Positions 1 through 10,181 of a stretch of 64,000 nucleotides of DNA are shown one piece after another. The notes beneath the pieces are model-generated. The model was not told the origin of the DNA, did not search any database, and was given only the letters and a program-made list of their open reading frames with translations. The translations under genes were made by a program, and so were the position numbers. Position 1 is the first letter of the stretch, and each line of letters starts with the position of its first letter. Origin of the DNA: an uncultured Planctomycetaceae bacterium. GTDB taxonomy: Bacteria > Planctomycetota > Planctomycetia > Planctomycetales > Planctomycetaceae. The stretch is taken from positions 256,001-320,000 of the forward strand of contig CAWFGE010000022.1 in the NCBI GenBank assembly GCA_963815195.1, written 5' to 3'.

Positions 1-1583
1 TCCCTCCACTCCGGGGACGCGGATGTTCGAGCAGACCGGGGGCGGCGTGGCGGTGCTCGATCTCGACGGCGATGGCTGGCCGGATTTGTACTTCACCCAG
101 GGCGGGAAGTGGTTGCACGGCGAGGCGGAGCCGACCGCTTCGGAAGAGTCGGCTGATCGCGTGTTTCGGAACTTGGAGGGACGACGATTTGCCGATGTCA
201 CCGAGCAGGCGGGGTTGGGAAACCGTGGATTTGGGCAAGGCGTGGCCGCGGGTGATTTTGACGGCGACGGGTTTGCGGATGTCTACGTCGCGAACGTCGG
301 GCGGAATCGCCTGTATCACAACAACGGCGACGGCACATTTACGGACGTGACGGAGCAGGCGGGTCTGGCCCTCGAAGACTGGACCACGAGTCTGCGTGAT
401 GGTGGACTTGAACGCCGACGGGCTTCCCGACCTGTTCGACGTGAATTATGTCACGGCGCCCGACGTGTATTGGGCGATCTGCAACGGCAAGGGTTGTTCC
501 CCCTCCAACTTCGACGGCGTGCCCGACCGCGTGCTCATCAACCGCGGGGACGGCGCGTTCGGATGGCAGAAAGCGGCGGTCTCGTCGGCTCCGGTCAAAG
601 ACGCGAAAGGCCTGGGCGTCGTCGCCTTCGATTTGCACGAACGCGGCCGGCCTTGCCTGTTTGTGGCCAACGACCAGGTCCCGAACTTCCTGCTGCGAAG
701 CGCCCGAACCGCGGGCTCCGCCGAGATCCGGTTTGAGAACGAGGGCTTTCTCAGCGGCCTGGGCTTCAACATGAACGGCCTGGCGATGGCCTGCATGGGC
801 ATCGCGGCGGACGATGCCAACGGCGACGGCCGATTGGATTTTTTCGTCACGAACTTCAAAGATGAATCGAACACGCTTTACATCCAGGACGTGGAAGGCC
901 TGTTCCTCGACGGAACCAACACGGCCGGACTCGCCGCGCCGAGTTTGCCTTACGTGGGCTGGGGGACTCAGTTTCTCGATGCGGACCTGGATGGCGATCC
1001 CGATCTGGTCGTCGCCAACGGTCACGTCGATGACTTTCGGGACCGAGGCGAGGCGTATCGCATGCCCGCGCAGTTTTTCCGGAACGACGGACACGCGCGG
1101 TTTACCGAAATCCCCGCGCGGGAACTGGGCGAATTTTTTGAAAAGAAGCATCTGGGACGAGGTCTGGCCCGCCTGGATTGGAACCGGGACGGACGGATGG
1201 ATTTTGTCGTTTCCCAAATCAACGAGCCGGCCGCGTTGCTCACCAATGCCTCGACTGGGACAGGGCATTTTCTGGGGGTGTGGCTGCACGCGACCAGAAC
1301 CGCCCGCGACGCCGTCGGCAGCATTGTCCGCGTGGAAGCGAACGGGAAGCAATGGACCAAGCAACTCACCGCGGGCGATGGTTTTCAGGCCACGAACGAA
1401 CGTTGGCTTCAGTTCGGCTTAGGCGCGGCGGATCGCGTCTTATCGTTGAAGATCGAATGGCCGTCGGGGAAGACGGCCATCGTTCGCGATCTCCCCGCCG
1501 ACGGGACGCTGGACGTCGTCGAAGGCGGCACCGCGCGCTACACGCGGGGAAACGATTCGCGTCTCGTGCCGATGAAAGAATGA
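1..1583 (+). CDS. CRTAC1-family FG-GAP/VCBS repeat protein with C-terminal ASPIC/UnbV domain (5'-truncated; frameshift near 390)
   Basis: Repeated DxDGDGxxD motifs, MGIAxxD, GWGTQFLDADLDG, GRGLARLDWNRDG and FGLG..WPSG. The frame is open to the window edge, and ORF 23..736 switches to ORF 396..1583 at EDWTTS-/MMVDLN. Confidence 0.9.
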
Positions 1584-1691
1584 ATCCGAAAACGACGCTG
1601 AACCCTATGTGTGTGTTTTACCAAAGAATGTTAAAGGGCGTGCCGCCCCAACTATGCCAAGCCCTCTGTCCCCATCATAAAAACCTATGAC

Positions 1692-4649
1692 ATGACGATG
1701 CCGGTGGACGCGAAAAGGCCCCCCCCGAAATGCCGGCGGGTTCTGCTGGGAATTGCGGTTCTCGTTGTCTGCGCCGCCGGGTTTGTCGGGTGGGCGACGC
1801 GGGAAACGGGCGCGGAGCGAGCGCGGCGGCTGTTGGCGGAAGCTCGGATCACGCACCTTGCGGGAAAGAACGCCGAGGCCGAAGACCTCGCCCGCTCCGC
1901 CTTGGAATCTGATCCCTCGCTCAGCGAGGCGGCGTTGATCGCGGCCCGTTGCGCCGTCGCCCGAAAAGACTTTGCGAGAGCCATCGAGTATGCGAATAAA
2001 GCCGAGTCCGGTCCATCGGACACCCGCGTTTCGGCGCTCTTGTTGACGGCCGATCTCAACCATCATCGCCTCGGCCGGTTGTCTCAGGCGGAAGAAGACT
2101 ACCGGGCGGCCTTGGCGATCGATCGGGACAACCTCCTCGCCAACCGCGGGCTGGCGGACTTGCTCGGACTGTGCGGCCGCGGCCGGGAGGCGGTGCCCTT
2201 TGTGCTCCGCACGGTGAAGCTCGACCAGCCGACGAATCAACTTCTGCTGATCGCCCGGCCGAGCGGAGCGGTCAACGACCCGCGCACGCTGGAAAAGGCC
2301 GCCGCGATGTCGCCGCACGATGTCAATGCGCTCGTGGGTTTGGCGTGGCACGCGGCCTCCAACGAGCAGAACGAAAAAGCGGTCCCGCTGTTGCAAAAGG
2401 CGTTGGACATCGCACCCGATCACGCCGGGGCCTATGTCGCGTTGGGGCGGCAGTATTTGACCTTGGCCCGGTTCGATGCGCTGGCGGCCTGGGCGGAAAA
2501 CACGGTTCCGGGTGCGGAAAAGTTCGGAGAGACGTGGCTGATCCGCGGCCGGCTCGCGGAGCACCGCGGGAACTTGGAAGGCGCGGTGCGTTGTTATTGG
2601 GAAGCGGTCCGGCTCGCTCCCGAATCCAAAGCGGCGAATTTTCATTTGTCCAAACTGCTGGCGGCGACAAACCAACCGGTCCGGGCCGAGCCGTTCCTCC
2701 GGCGGATCCGTCAACTCGAGCGCCTTCGCGCGGTTCAGGATCGCGTGTTTTCCCGCGGCCCGACGCCGGGGCTGTTGCTCGAACTGGCCAAAGCCTACGA
2801 AGACGCGGGCCGAATTTGGGAGGCTTATGGTTGGTCGCTGCTGGCTCGGCAGCAGAACGCCGGCTTTCCTGAACTTGCCAATTACGTGGAAGCCATTCGG
2901 AGCAAAACCCGGCATCTTCCGCTGCGACTCACGGCGGATGCCGCGAACCCGGCGATCGCGGTCGATCTGTCGTCTTATCCCGTGCCGACGTTTCAACCGC
3001 CGCCCCAGTCCCCGGCCGCTGAGCCTCTTGGGAACGTGCCGGCTGTGACGTTTCGCGACGACGCGGCGTCGGCCGGTTTGAGATTTGAGTATCACAACGG
3101 CAGCCCCGAAACACCCCGCCGCCGGATGTTTGAATTGACGGGCGGCGGCATCGGGGTTCTGGATTTTGATCGGGACGGTTTTCCGGATGTCTGTTTTTCG
3201 CAAGGTGGCCGGTGGCCCCCGGGCTTGGACAACGGCGGCGATCACGATCGCCTGTTTCAGAATCTATCGGGCGACCGGTTTCGCGATGCGACGATTTCCG
3301 CCGGTCTCGCCGAAACCAGCTTCGGGCAGGGCATCGCGGTCGGGGATTATGACTCCGACGGATTCCCGGACCTCTACGTGGCGAACATTGGAGCGAATCG
3401 GCTGTGGATCAACAACGGCGACGGCACCTTCGCCGACGGCACCAGCGCGGCGGGCCTCGCCGGAAACGAATGGACCACAAGCTGCCTCATGGCGGATCTC
3501 AACGCCGACGGCTTTCCCGACATCTATGATGTGAACTACCTCAAAGGGGACGACCTGTTCGACCGCGTCTGCCAACATGCCGACCGCAGCCCGGCGCTTT
3601 GCATGCCGTTCGATTTCGAAGGGGAAGCGGACCGGCTGTGGCTGAGCATCGGCGACGGGCGGTTTTCGGATGCGACCTCGGAATGTCTCTCCGTGCGCCC
3701 CAACGGCAAAGGTCTGGGCGTCGTGGCCTGGGATGTCCAAGGGGCGGGGCGTTTGAGCCTGCTCATCGCGAACGACACGACGCCCAATTTTTTCTTTGCT
3801 CCCAAGCCGGAAAACGAGAAAAACTTTTTGTTGGAAGAGCGGGGAATCCTCTCCGGCCTCGCATTTAACGGCAACGGCAAAGCGGAAGGCTGCATGGGGA
3901 TCGCTGTGGGCGATGTTGACGGAGACGGCCGCTTGGATGTGCACATCACCAATTTCCTTGCGGAATCGAACACGCTCTGGCTCCAGAGATCCCCGGGGCT
4001 TTTTGAAGATGCGACTCAAACCGCCGGGCTGCGAACGCCCACGCTGGGCGCGCTGGGATTCGGGACGCAGTTCCTCGATGCCGACCGCGACGGCCGGCTG
4101 GATTTGTTTGTCGCCAACGGGCACATCGACGACCTCCGCGCCTTCGGCCGGCCCTATGAGATGGCCCCGCAGTTCTTTCAGTGGAACGGGGCAAGTTTCA
4201 CCGAAGCGAACCCCGAAACGCTGGGACCCTATTTCCAAAAGACGTGGCTGGGCCGGGCTGCCGCGCGGCTCGATTGGAACCGGGACGGCCGGGCCGACTT
4301 GTTCGTCGGTCATCTTGGCCGACCGTCGGCTCTGTTGACCAACACGACGCGCGCGGGCGGTCGATTTTTGTCATTAAAGCTCGTGGGCGTGGGCAGCAAC
4401 CGCGACGCCGTCGGCACAACCGCCCGAGCCCGCATCGGCCAAAAGCGGTTCGTGCATCAACTCGTCGGCGGAGGCGGTTATCAAGCGAGCAATCAACAAG
4501 AGCTGCTCCTGGGCACGGGCGAAGCGCGGCAAGTGGATGAACTCAAAATTCGCTGGCCGTCCGGCCGCGAGCAGACCTTCGAGCACATCCCCGCAGACCA
4601 GCACCTGCTGCTCATCGAGGGCGCGGATCGCCTCTTGCCGATCGAGTGA
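1692..4649 (+). CDS. Membrane-anchored TPR + CRTAC1/ASPIC-UnbV protein
   Basis: N-terminal TM helix, TPR-like helical repeats, then FG-GAP repeats and an ASPIC/UnbV tail; paralogue of the upstream gene. Confidence 0.9.
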   Translation: MTMPVDAKRPPPKCRRVLLGIAVLVVCAAGFVGWATRETGAERARRLLAEARITHLAGKNAEAEDLARSALESDPSLSEAALIAARCAVARKDFARAIEYANKAESGPSDTRVSALLLTADLNHHRLGRLSQAEEDYRAALAIDRDNLLANRGLADLLGLCGRGREAVPFVLRTVKLDQPTNQLLLIARPSGAVNDPRTLEKAAAMSPHDVNALVGLAWHAASNEQNEKAVPLLQKALDIAPDHAGAYVALGRQYLTLARFDALAAWAENTVPGAEKFGETWLIRGRLAEHRGNLEGAVRCYWEAVRLAPESKAANFHLSKLLAATNQPVRAEPFLRRIRQLERLRAVQDRVFSRGPTPGLLLELAKAYEDAGRIWEAYGWSLLARQQNAGFPELANYVEAIRSKTRHLPLRLTADAANPAIAVDLSSYPVPTFQPPPQSPAAEPLGNVPAVTFRDDAASAGLRFEYHNGSPETPRRRMFELTGGGIGVLDFDRDGFPDVCFSQGGRWPPGLDNGGDHDRLFQNLSGDRFRDATISAGLAETSFGQGIAVGDYDSDGFPDLYVANIGANRLWINNGDGTFADGTSAAGLAGNEWTTSCLMADLNADGFPDIYDVNYLKGDDLFDRVCQHADRSPALCMPFDFEGEADRLWLSIGDGRFSDATSECLSVRPNGKGLGVVAWDVQGAGRLSLLIANDTTPNFFFAPKPENEKNFLLEERGILSGLAFNGNGKAEGCMGIAVGDVDGDGRLDVHITNFLAESNTLWLQRSPGLFEDATQTAGLRTPTLGALGFGTQFLDADRDGRLDLFVANGHIDDLRAFGRPYEMAPQFFQWNGASFTEANPETLGPYFQKTWLGRAAARLDWNRDGRADLFVGHLGRPSALLTNTTRAGGRFLSLKLVGVGSNRDAVGTTARARIGQKRFVHQLVGGGGYQASNQQELLLGTGEARQVDELKIRWPSGREQTFEHIPADQHLLLIEGADRLLPIE

Positions 4650-4670
4650 TGCGATCCTGCCGGCTGATCG

Positions 4671-4697
4671 ATTCGCCGCAGGGCGCTCGCCCCGGTT
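4671..4697. repeat. REP-like palindrome, GGCGCTAGCC family
   Basis: ATTCGCCGCAGGGCGCTCGCCCCGGTT is nearly identical to 17515..17541; related copies at 18128, 26494, 33916, 46681 and 52437. Confidence 0.7.
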
Positions 4698-4747
4698 CTT
4701 GAGGAAGTCTCGCGACGGTTTCGAAATCCAACAGTCGTCTCATGCGA

Positions 4748-4785
4748 CAAAGCCGGAGTTCCCCGTCGGCAGAACTCCGGCTTTG
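4748..4785. terminator. Hairpin between convergent genes, probable terminator
   Basis: Perfect 14-bp stem CAAAGCCGGAGTTC / GAACTCCGGCTTTG with a 10-nt loop. Confidence 0.6.
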
Positions 4786-4806
4786 AAGTTTGATGCGAGC
4801 GTCCGG

Positions 4807-6475
4807 TTAGACTTCCTTGTCCTTGTCTTTGCTTTCGTTGAAGGCGGCCTTGCGGGTTGTGCCGGGTTCGGATTTGGGTTCGGCGTGCGTGGCGCCGTTG
4901 TGGGACTCGCCGTTTTCCGGGGTGAGTTTGGCGAGGTATTCGGGAACTTCGATGCCCCCGATGTCCCGCATGACTTGCAGCATGGGCGGCAGGCTGCGGG
5001 ACATGCCTTGCAGGAAGTTGGAGGTCGCGGTCTGGCCGTTGCCGTTCCCGCCGTTTTCCCAGACGATGACCTTGTCGAACTTGATGTTGGCGATCGCCTC
5101 GGCGGATTTGCTGGCGAGCATATCCAGGTGTTCGAGCATCAAGAGTTGGAAGGCGTCCTGGGCGGTGCCGCAAGCGCTGATGATCTCGCGGAGCCCTTCC
5201 CCCTTGCGGGCCAGGATTTCATATTGCCCGCGGGCCTCGGCTTCCAGCTTGGCGTAAATCATGGCGGCTTCGGCCTCGGCGTCCAACTTCTTTTTGGCGG
5301 CGGCGGCTTCGGCTTCCACGATCGTCTTCGCTTTCTGGGCTTTCGCCGGCGCTTTCGAGCTCCGCCCGCCGCTCGGCTTCCACGCGCTCGGCTTCCGCGA
5401 GCGCCGCCTTCGCCATCGCCCGGTTCTGGGCTTCTTCCACCGCGGCTTGGGCTTCGCGTTTTTTCGTTTCCCCAATCTGATACGCTTCCGCCTGCGCGAC
5501 TTGCAACCGCGACTTCGCCTCGGCAACTTTGGCTTCGGCCTGGGCTTCCCCCTCGAACGCGGTCGCATTCGCCCCGGCCACGGACACCCGCTTCTCCCGC
5601 TCCGCATCGGCGACTTCCGTCTCCTGGGCATAAACCGCCCGCTGCTCGGCGACTTGCTGCTCGCGGTTCAAATCCGCAATCCGCACCGCCTGTTCCCGCT
5701 CCGCTTCCCGAATCCCGATCTGCTTCGCCTTGTTCGCGTTGGCAACTTGGATCATCTTGTCGCGGTCGGCACCGGTCACGCGGATTTCGCCGAGCTTCTC
5801 TTGATCGGCCACGTCCGCCCGCGCGTTTTGCACGGCTTCGGCGGCGGCCCGTTTGCCGATCGCCTCGATATAGCCCGACTCGTCCGTGATGTCGGTGATG
5901 TTCACATTGATCAGCACGAGCCCGATCTTTTGCAGTTCCGGTTCGAGCGAATGCTGGATGCTGTGCAAAAACGTGTCGCGGTCGCGGTTGATGTCTTCAA
6001 TCCCCATCGAAGCGATCACCTGCCGGAGCTGCCCGAAGATGATGTCCTCCGCCTGCTTTTTGACCTGGGCCGTGTTCAATCCCAACAGCCGGATCGCGGC
6101 GTTCTGCATGATCTCGGGCTGCGTGCCGATGGCGACCGTGAACACACTGGGCACGTTGACGCGGATATTCTCGCTGGAGAGGGCGTCTTTCAGCGGGACC
6201 TCGATTTGCATCGGTTCGAGGCTCAGGTAATCGAAGTCCTGAATGATCGGCCACACGAACTTCCCGCCGCCGTGCACGGTCGTGGCCGACCGGCCTTTGC
6301 CCACGCTCCCGTAGATGACGAGGATTTTGTTGCTCGGGCAGCGTTTGTAGCGCTGCGAGACGAAGATGAGCAAGCTCACGAGAATCGCCAGCGCTCCGAT
6401 CAACACGGGCAGAAACCCCGTAAGCATATCGAGAAAGCCGGGATCCGCGGCGGGGACAAACAGGAGATCAAGCAT
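4807..6475 (-). CDS. Flotillin-family SPFH protein (frameshift near 5350)
   Basis: TM helix, RYKRCPSNKILVIYG, SPFH core (GQLRQVIASM, INVNITDITD), AE/A-rich coiled coil; the C-terminus (IKFDKVIVWE) lies in ORF 4807..5631. Confidence 0.9.
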
Positions 6476-7110
6476 TTTCGGTTCCTTGAGATTTGGTTTG
6501 TGGAGAACGGGATTCCTCGGCGCGCACGACTTCCAGCACATTGAGGGCGGGGGCGTCCACGACCCGAATCGGCGTGCCGGTGGCGAGGCTTTCACCCTCG
6601 GTCAACGCGTCATATTCCATCGTGCGGTCTTGCACCACGACGGTGATTTTGCCCTTGCCTTTGCGGCGTGCGGGGATCGATAAATACACCGTCCCCGTGC
6701 AACCGATCGCGTCGTAGTCGTGCACGGTTCCATCGTTGGCGAAGTTGTAAAGGCCCTGGAGCAGATAGGCCACGCCGAACAGCACCGCCACGCCGCAGAC
6801 CGAGGCAATCAAAAACACCTTGGATGGTCCGTACATCCGCTGCGCACATCCCTGCAATGCCGAACATCATCACCGCCGAGGCAATCGCGCGGAAACTCAA
6901 AACCGCCAAGAACGTATTGCCGGCGTGATCGCCGTCGGCATGATCCAAGTCGTGGCCGGCGGACACATCGGCGTCGGGATGATCCAAATGGAGATCCACC
7001 GAGCCGTCGTGGATGTCGGCATCGTGCCCGACGCCAAAAAGGCCGGCCAGGATTTGCAGACCGAGCAAAGCCCCGGCCCCCACCGCGCAATAGAAATAGA
7101 CCGATGCCAT
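6468..7110 (-). CDS. NfeD-like membrane protein with C-terminal OB-fold, flotillin partner (frameshift near 6830)
   Basis: TM helix, His/Asp-rich linker, LSFRAI TM pair, then GTVYLSIP..GKGKITV..EYDALT in the second frame; overlaps the flotillin start. Confidence 0.8.
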
Positions 7111-7482
7111 GATCCGACCTCCACGGGACGAGGGAAGGATGCCCAGTTTGTCGGGAAGAAAAATTCGAGGGATTGGTGTGAATGTATCGTCCCACTAAAA
7201 TCCCCGAACGTCAAAACATTTCTTCACCAAAATCGCGAAAAGCGAAATCGGGCGGGCTCGCTCATCACCCCCTAAACGGCGATTTTGGAAAAACGGATCA
7301 CTGTGCACGAAATTTTCTCAAGAATCTTCTGGGGAAAGTTTCAGGTTCCTCTGGGAACGCACTTTCGCGAAGCTCCGCTTCAGAACGCGTCCATGATCCA
7401 ATGATCCCTGCCTTTTCGGGGGCGAGAGCGTGCGCTACAATCGGTGAGGCGGTTTTTGTTTTCATTGAAAAGGGAGTGCACC

Positions 7483-8502
7483 TTGGCTGGTGAACCACGC
7501 GACTTCGACGAGTTCTTGTCCAAGTTCAAAAAACACCACGACTTGATGGTCGAGGAACTGCACAAGGTCATCATCGGGCAAGAGGCCGTCATCGAGCAGA
7601 TCCTGGCGGCGATTTTCACCGGCGGGCATTGCCTCTTGGTCGGAGTGCCCGGGTTGGCGAAAACGCTGATCGTGAGCACCATCGCCCAGATTCTGGATGT
7701 CTCGTTTCGGCGGATTCAATTCACGCCGGACCTTATGCCCTCGGACATCACCGGCACGAACGTCTTGGACGAAACCGACGAAGGCCGGCGGGAGTTTCGC
7801 TTCGTGCAGGGGCCGGTGTTTACGAACATTTTGCTCGCCGACGAAATCAACCGCACGCCGCCCAAAACGCAGGCGGCACTTCTGCAGGCCATGCAGGAGC
7901 GGGAAGTCACGGCGGGCCAGACGACCTATCCGCTCCCGGAGCCGTTCTTCGTCATCGCCACGCAAAACCCGATCGAGCAGGAGGGGACCTATCCGCTCCC
8001 CGAGGCCCAACTCGACCGGTTTATGTTCAACGTGAAGGTGGATTACCCCAATCTGAACGAGGAAGAAGCCATCCTCGCCGCGACGACCCGCGGTGAGAAG
8101 CCGGAAGTCCGCAAGGTGCTCTCGGCGAAGTCCATCACCTATCTGCAGCGGCAAATCAGCCAGATCGAAGCCACGCCTTTGACGATCAACTACGTGGCCC
8201 GACTGGTCAGGGCCACGCGGCCAGCGGACGGGACGGCCCCCAAGTTCGTCAAGGACATGGTCGATTGGGGAGCCGGCCCGCGGGCGGGACAATACCTGAT
8301 CGCCGGCGGCAAAGCCGTCGCCGCGATGGACGGCCGGCCCAGCGTGGCCCTCGAGGACGTCCGCCGGGTCGCGATTCCGGTGCTCAGGCATCGGATCTCG
8401 ACGAACTTCCAGGCCCAAGCCGAAGGCCTCGGCACCGAGGACATCGTCAACCGCCTCATCCAGGAAGTGCCCGAACCCAATATCCCCAAATATCAGAAAT
8501 AA
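7483..8502 (+). CDS. moxR: MoxR-family AAA+ ATPase
   Basis: GVPGLAKT Walker A, RIQFTPDLMPSDITG, LLADEINRTPPKTQAALL, ATQNPIEQEGTYPLPEAQLDRF; TTG start after a GGGAG RBS. Confidence 0.95.
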   Translation: MAGEPRDFDEFLSKFKKHHDLMVEELHKVIIGQEAVIEQILAAIFTGGHCLLVGVPGLAKTLIVSTIAQILDVSFRRIQFTPDLMPSDITGTNVLDETDEGRREFRFVQGPVFTNILLADEINRTPPKTQAALLQAMQEREVTAGQTTYPLPEPFFVIATQNPIEQEGTYPLPEAQLDRFMFNVKVDYPNLNEEEAILAATTRGEKPEVRKVLSAKSITYLQRQISQIEATPLTINYVARLVRATRPADGTAPKFVKDMVDWGAGPRAGQYLIAGGKAVAAMDGRPSVALEDVRRVAIPVLRHRISTNFQAQAEGLGTEDIVNRLIQEVPEPNIPKYQK

Positions 8503-8751
8503 CATGGCTCCAAGCGCAAAAACGCCAGTCATCCCCGGCTGACCGGGCAAATCTTTAAGTTTTCTGAACATTTCCCGAAAAAAATCACGGATTGGGCGAT
8601 TCTCCCCAAAAAATGCGAAACCCCTGAAATCTCCAGGGGTTTACTTAACCTATGGCTTGGCTTTTTGGTTCGGCCCGGCCTCATGTCCCGAAAACTCGCC
8701 CGGCATGTCTCATGGGCGAACAGTCTCCCCAATTCATTTAGGAGAAAAGAG

Positions 8752-9339
8752 ATGCGTTTAGTGTTGGCAGGTCTAGTAGCGGTGGCGTTGATGGTTTCTC
8801 TCGATGCGTTCGCCCAACAGCAACCCGGCGGGCAGCGCGGACAAGGTCAAGGCCAAGGACAGCGTGGTCCCGGCGGACGGGGCGGATTTGGCGGCGGATT
8901 TGGCGGTGGCAGCCTGGTCGTCCAGGCGATCGACAAAAACAACGATGGCGAACTGTCGGCCGAAGAAATCAGCAATGCCGTCGCCGCTCTCAAAGCCCTC
9001 GACAAAAACAAAGACGGCAAAATCGATCGCGACGAGCAACGGCCCGATTTCGCCGGCCAAATGATCACCCGCATGATGGAGAACGACAAAAACAAAGACG
9101 GCAAACTCAGCAAGGACGAAGTGTCCGAACGGATGCAGGGCCGCTTCGCCGACATCGACACCAACAAAGACGGGAAGCTCGATGAAAAAGAACTCCGCGC
9201 CTCCTTCGCCAATTTCGGTCGCGGTCGCGGACCCGGCGGACAAAACGGCCAGGGTGGCCGTGGGGGTCGTCCGGGCGGAAATAACGACAACAACAACGGC
9301 GGCACGCGTCGGCCCCAAAGCGACGGCGTCGACCTTTAA
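8752..9339 (+). CDS. Secreted EF-hand Ca-binding protein with Gly/Gln-rich tails
   Basis: Signal peptide; four DxNxDG loops (DKNNDGE, DKNKDGK twice, DTNKDGK); AGGAG RBS. Confidence 0.85.
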   Translation: MRLVLAGLVAVALMVSLDAFAQQQPGGQRGQGQGQGQRGPGGRGGFGGGFGGGSLVVQAIDKNNDGELSAEEISNAVAALKALDKNKDGKIDRDEQRPDFAGQMITRMMENDKNKDGKLSKDEVSERMQGRFADIDTNKDGKLDEKELRASFANFGRGRGPGGQNGQGGRGGRPGGNNDNNNGGTRRPQSDGVDL

Positions 9340-9540
9340 GAGATCACCTACATTCTCCTAAAGAAATCCTCGTGAGACTACGGGGACGCAACGGCCTGAC
9401 AGCGCTGTGGTCAATCGGGTTGTCCGCAGTTTGCCTCCTTCGTCCGGCTGGATGCGTCCCCGTATTTTTTTGAGCATCAACGTCACGATCACCCGAGTCG
9501 CCCGTCCACGTCAAGTCAGACCCCGAACACGACGCGAAAC

Positions 9541-9771
9541 TCAAAATCCCGAAGGACGGTTGGGCCGGCGGACAAAGTAATAAATCAACGCCCCCACCCA
9601 ATTCAAGAGCACAATAATCAGGATCCACACGATCTTGTCGTTGCCTTCGGCGGGTTCGTTCTGGGCGCAATCAATCAGCATCCATATCCAAAACGCCGTC
9701 AATGCGAGCCCCACAATCCCGAAGCACGCAAATGCCATCAATCCGGGAAGAATATCCATGCCATGATTCAT
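9541..9771 (-). CDS. PLDc N-terminal domain small membrane protein
   Basis: FWIWMLIDC..NE...KIVWILII....VGALIYYF signature. Confidence 0.8.
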   Translation of the reverse strand: MNHGMDILPGLMAFACFGIVGLALTAFWIWMLIDCAQNEPAEGNDKIVWILIIVLLNWVGALIYYFVRRPNRPSGF

Positions 9772-9845
9772 GGTTTGGCTTTCTGTCGTTCGATCATCTA
9801 ACGCTGAAAAATCCAAGAAGGACGCCGGACGATTGGCGGGTTCAT

Positions 9846-10106
9846 TCACCGCAAAAAAATCATCGCCAAGAGAATCCCCACCACAACCAAGGCCACAAGC
9901 GTATTGAGCAGAAACGCCGTGCGATCTGGCTTCGGTTCCAGGCGTCCCGCCCTCTTTGACCGCACGCGCGGTGGGGACCCCGCCGACTTCGCGGCTTGGG
10001 CTTCCTCGAACAGCCCGTCGCAACTTTTGCAATAGTACCGCTCGTTTTCCGCCGGCACAATCTGCCCCGACCCGCACGACGGGCAGCGAATCGATTGATG
10101 ATTCAT
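9846..10106 (-). CDS. Small zinc-ribbon protein with C-terminal TM anchor
   Basis: CPSC..CKSC pair, hydrophobic C-terminus, GGAGG RBS before the ATG at 10106. Confidence 0.65.
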   Translation of the reverse strand: MNHQSIRCPSCGSGQIVPAENERYYCKSCDGLFEEAQAAKSAGSPPRVRSKRAGRLEPKPDRTAFLLNTLVALVVVGILLAMIFLR

Positions 10107-10181
10107 GTCGTTTCCTCCGCAGAAACGGGGACGCGCGACAGAAGCGATTTCCAATTCTCACCAAACGATTGTATCACCTCA

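Noticed and set aside
8820..8915. Short tandem repeats (GGCGGATTT, CAAGG) in the EF-hand gene
   Set aside because: They simply encode Gly/Gln low-complexity linkers.
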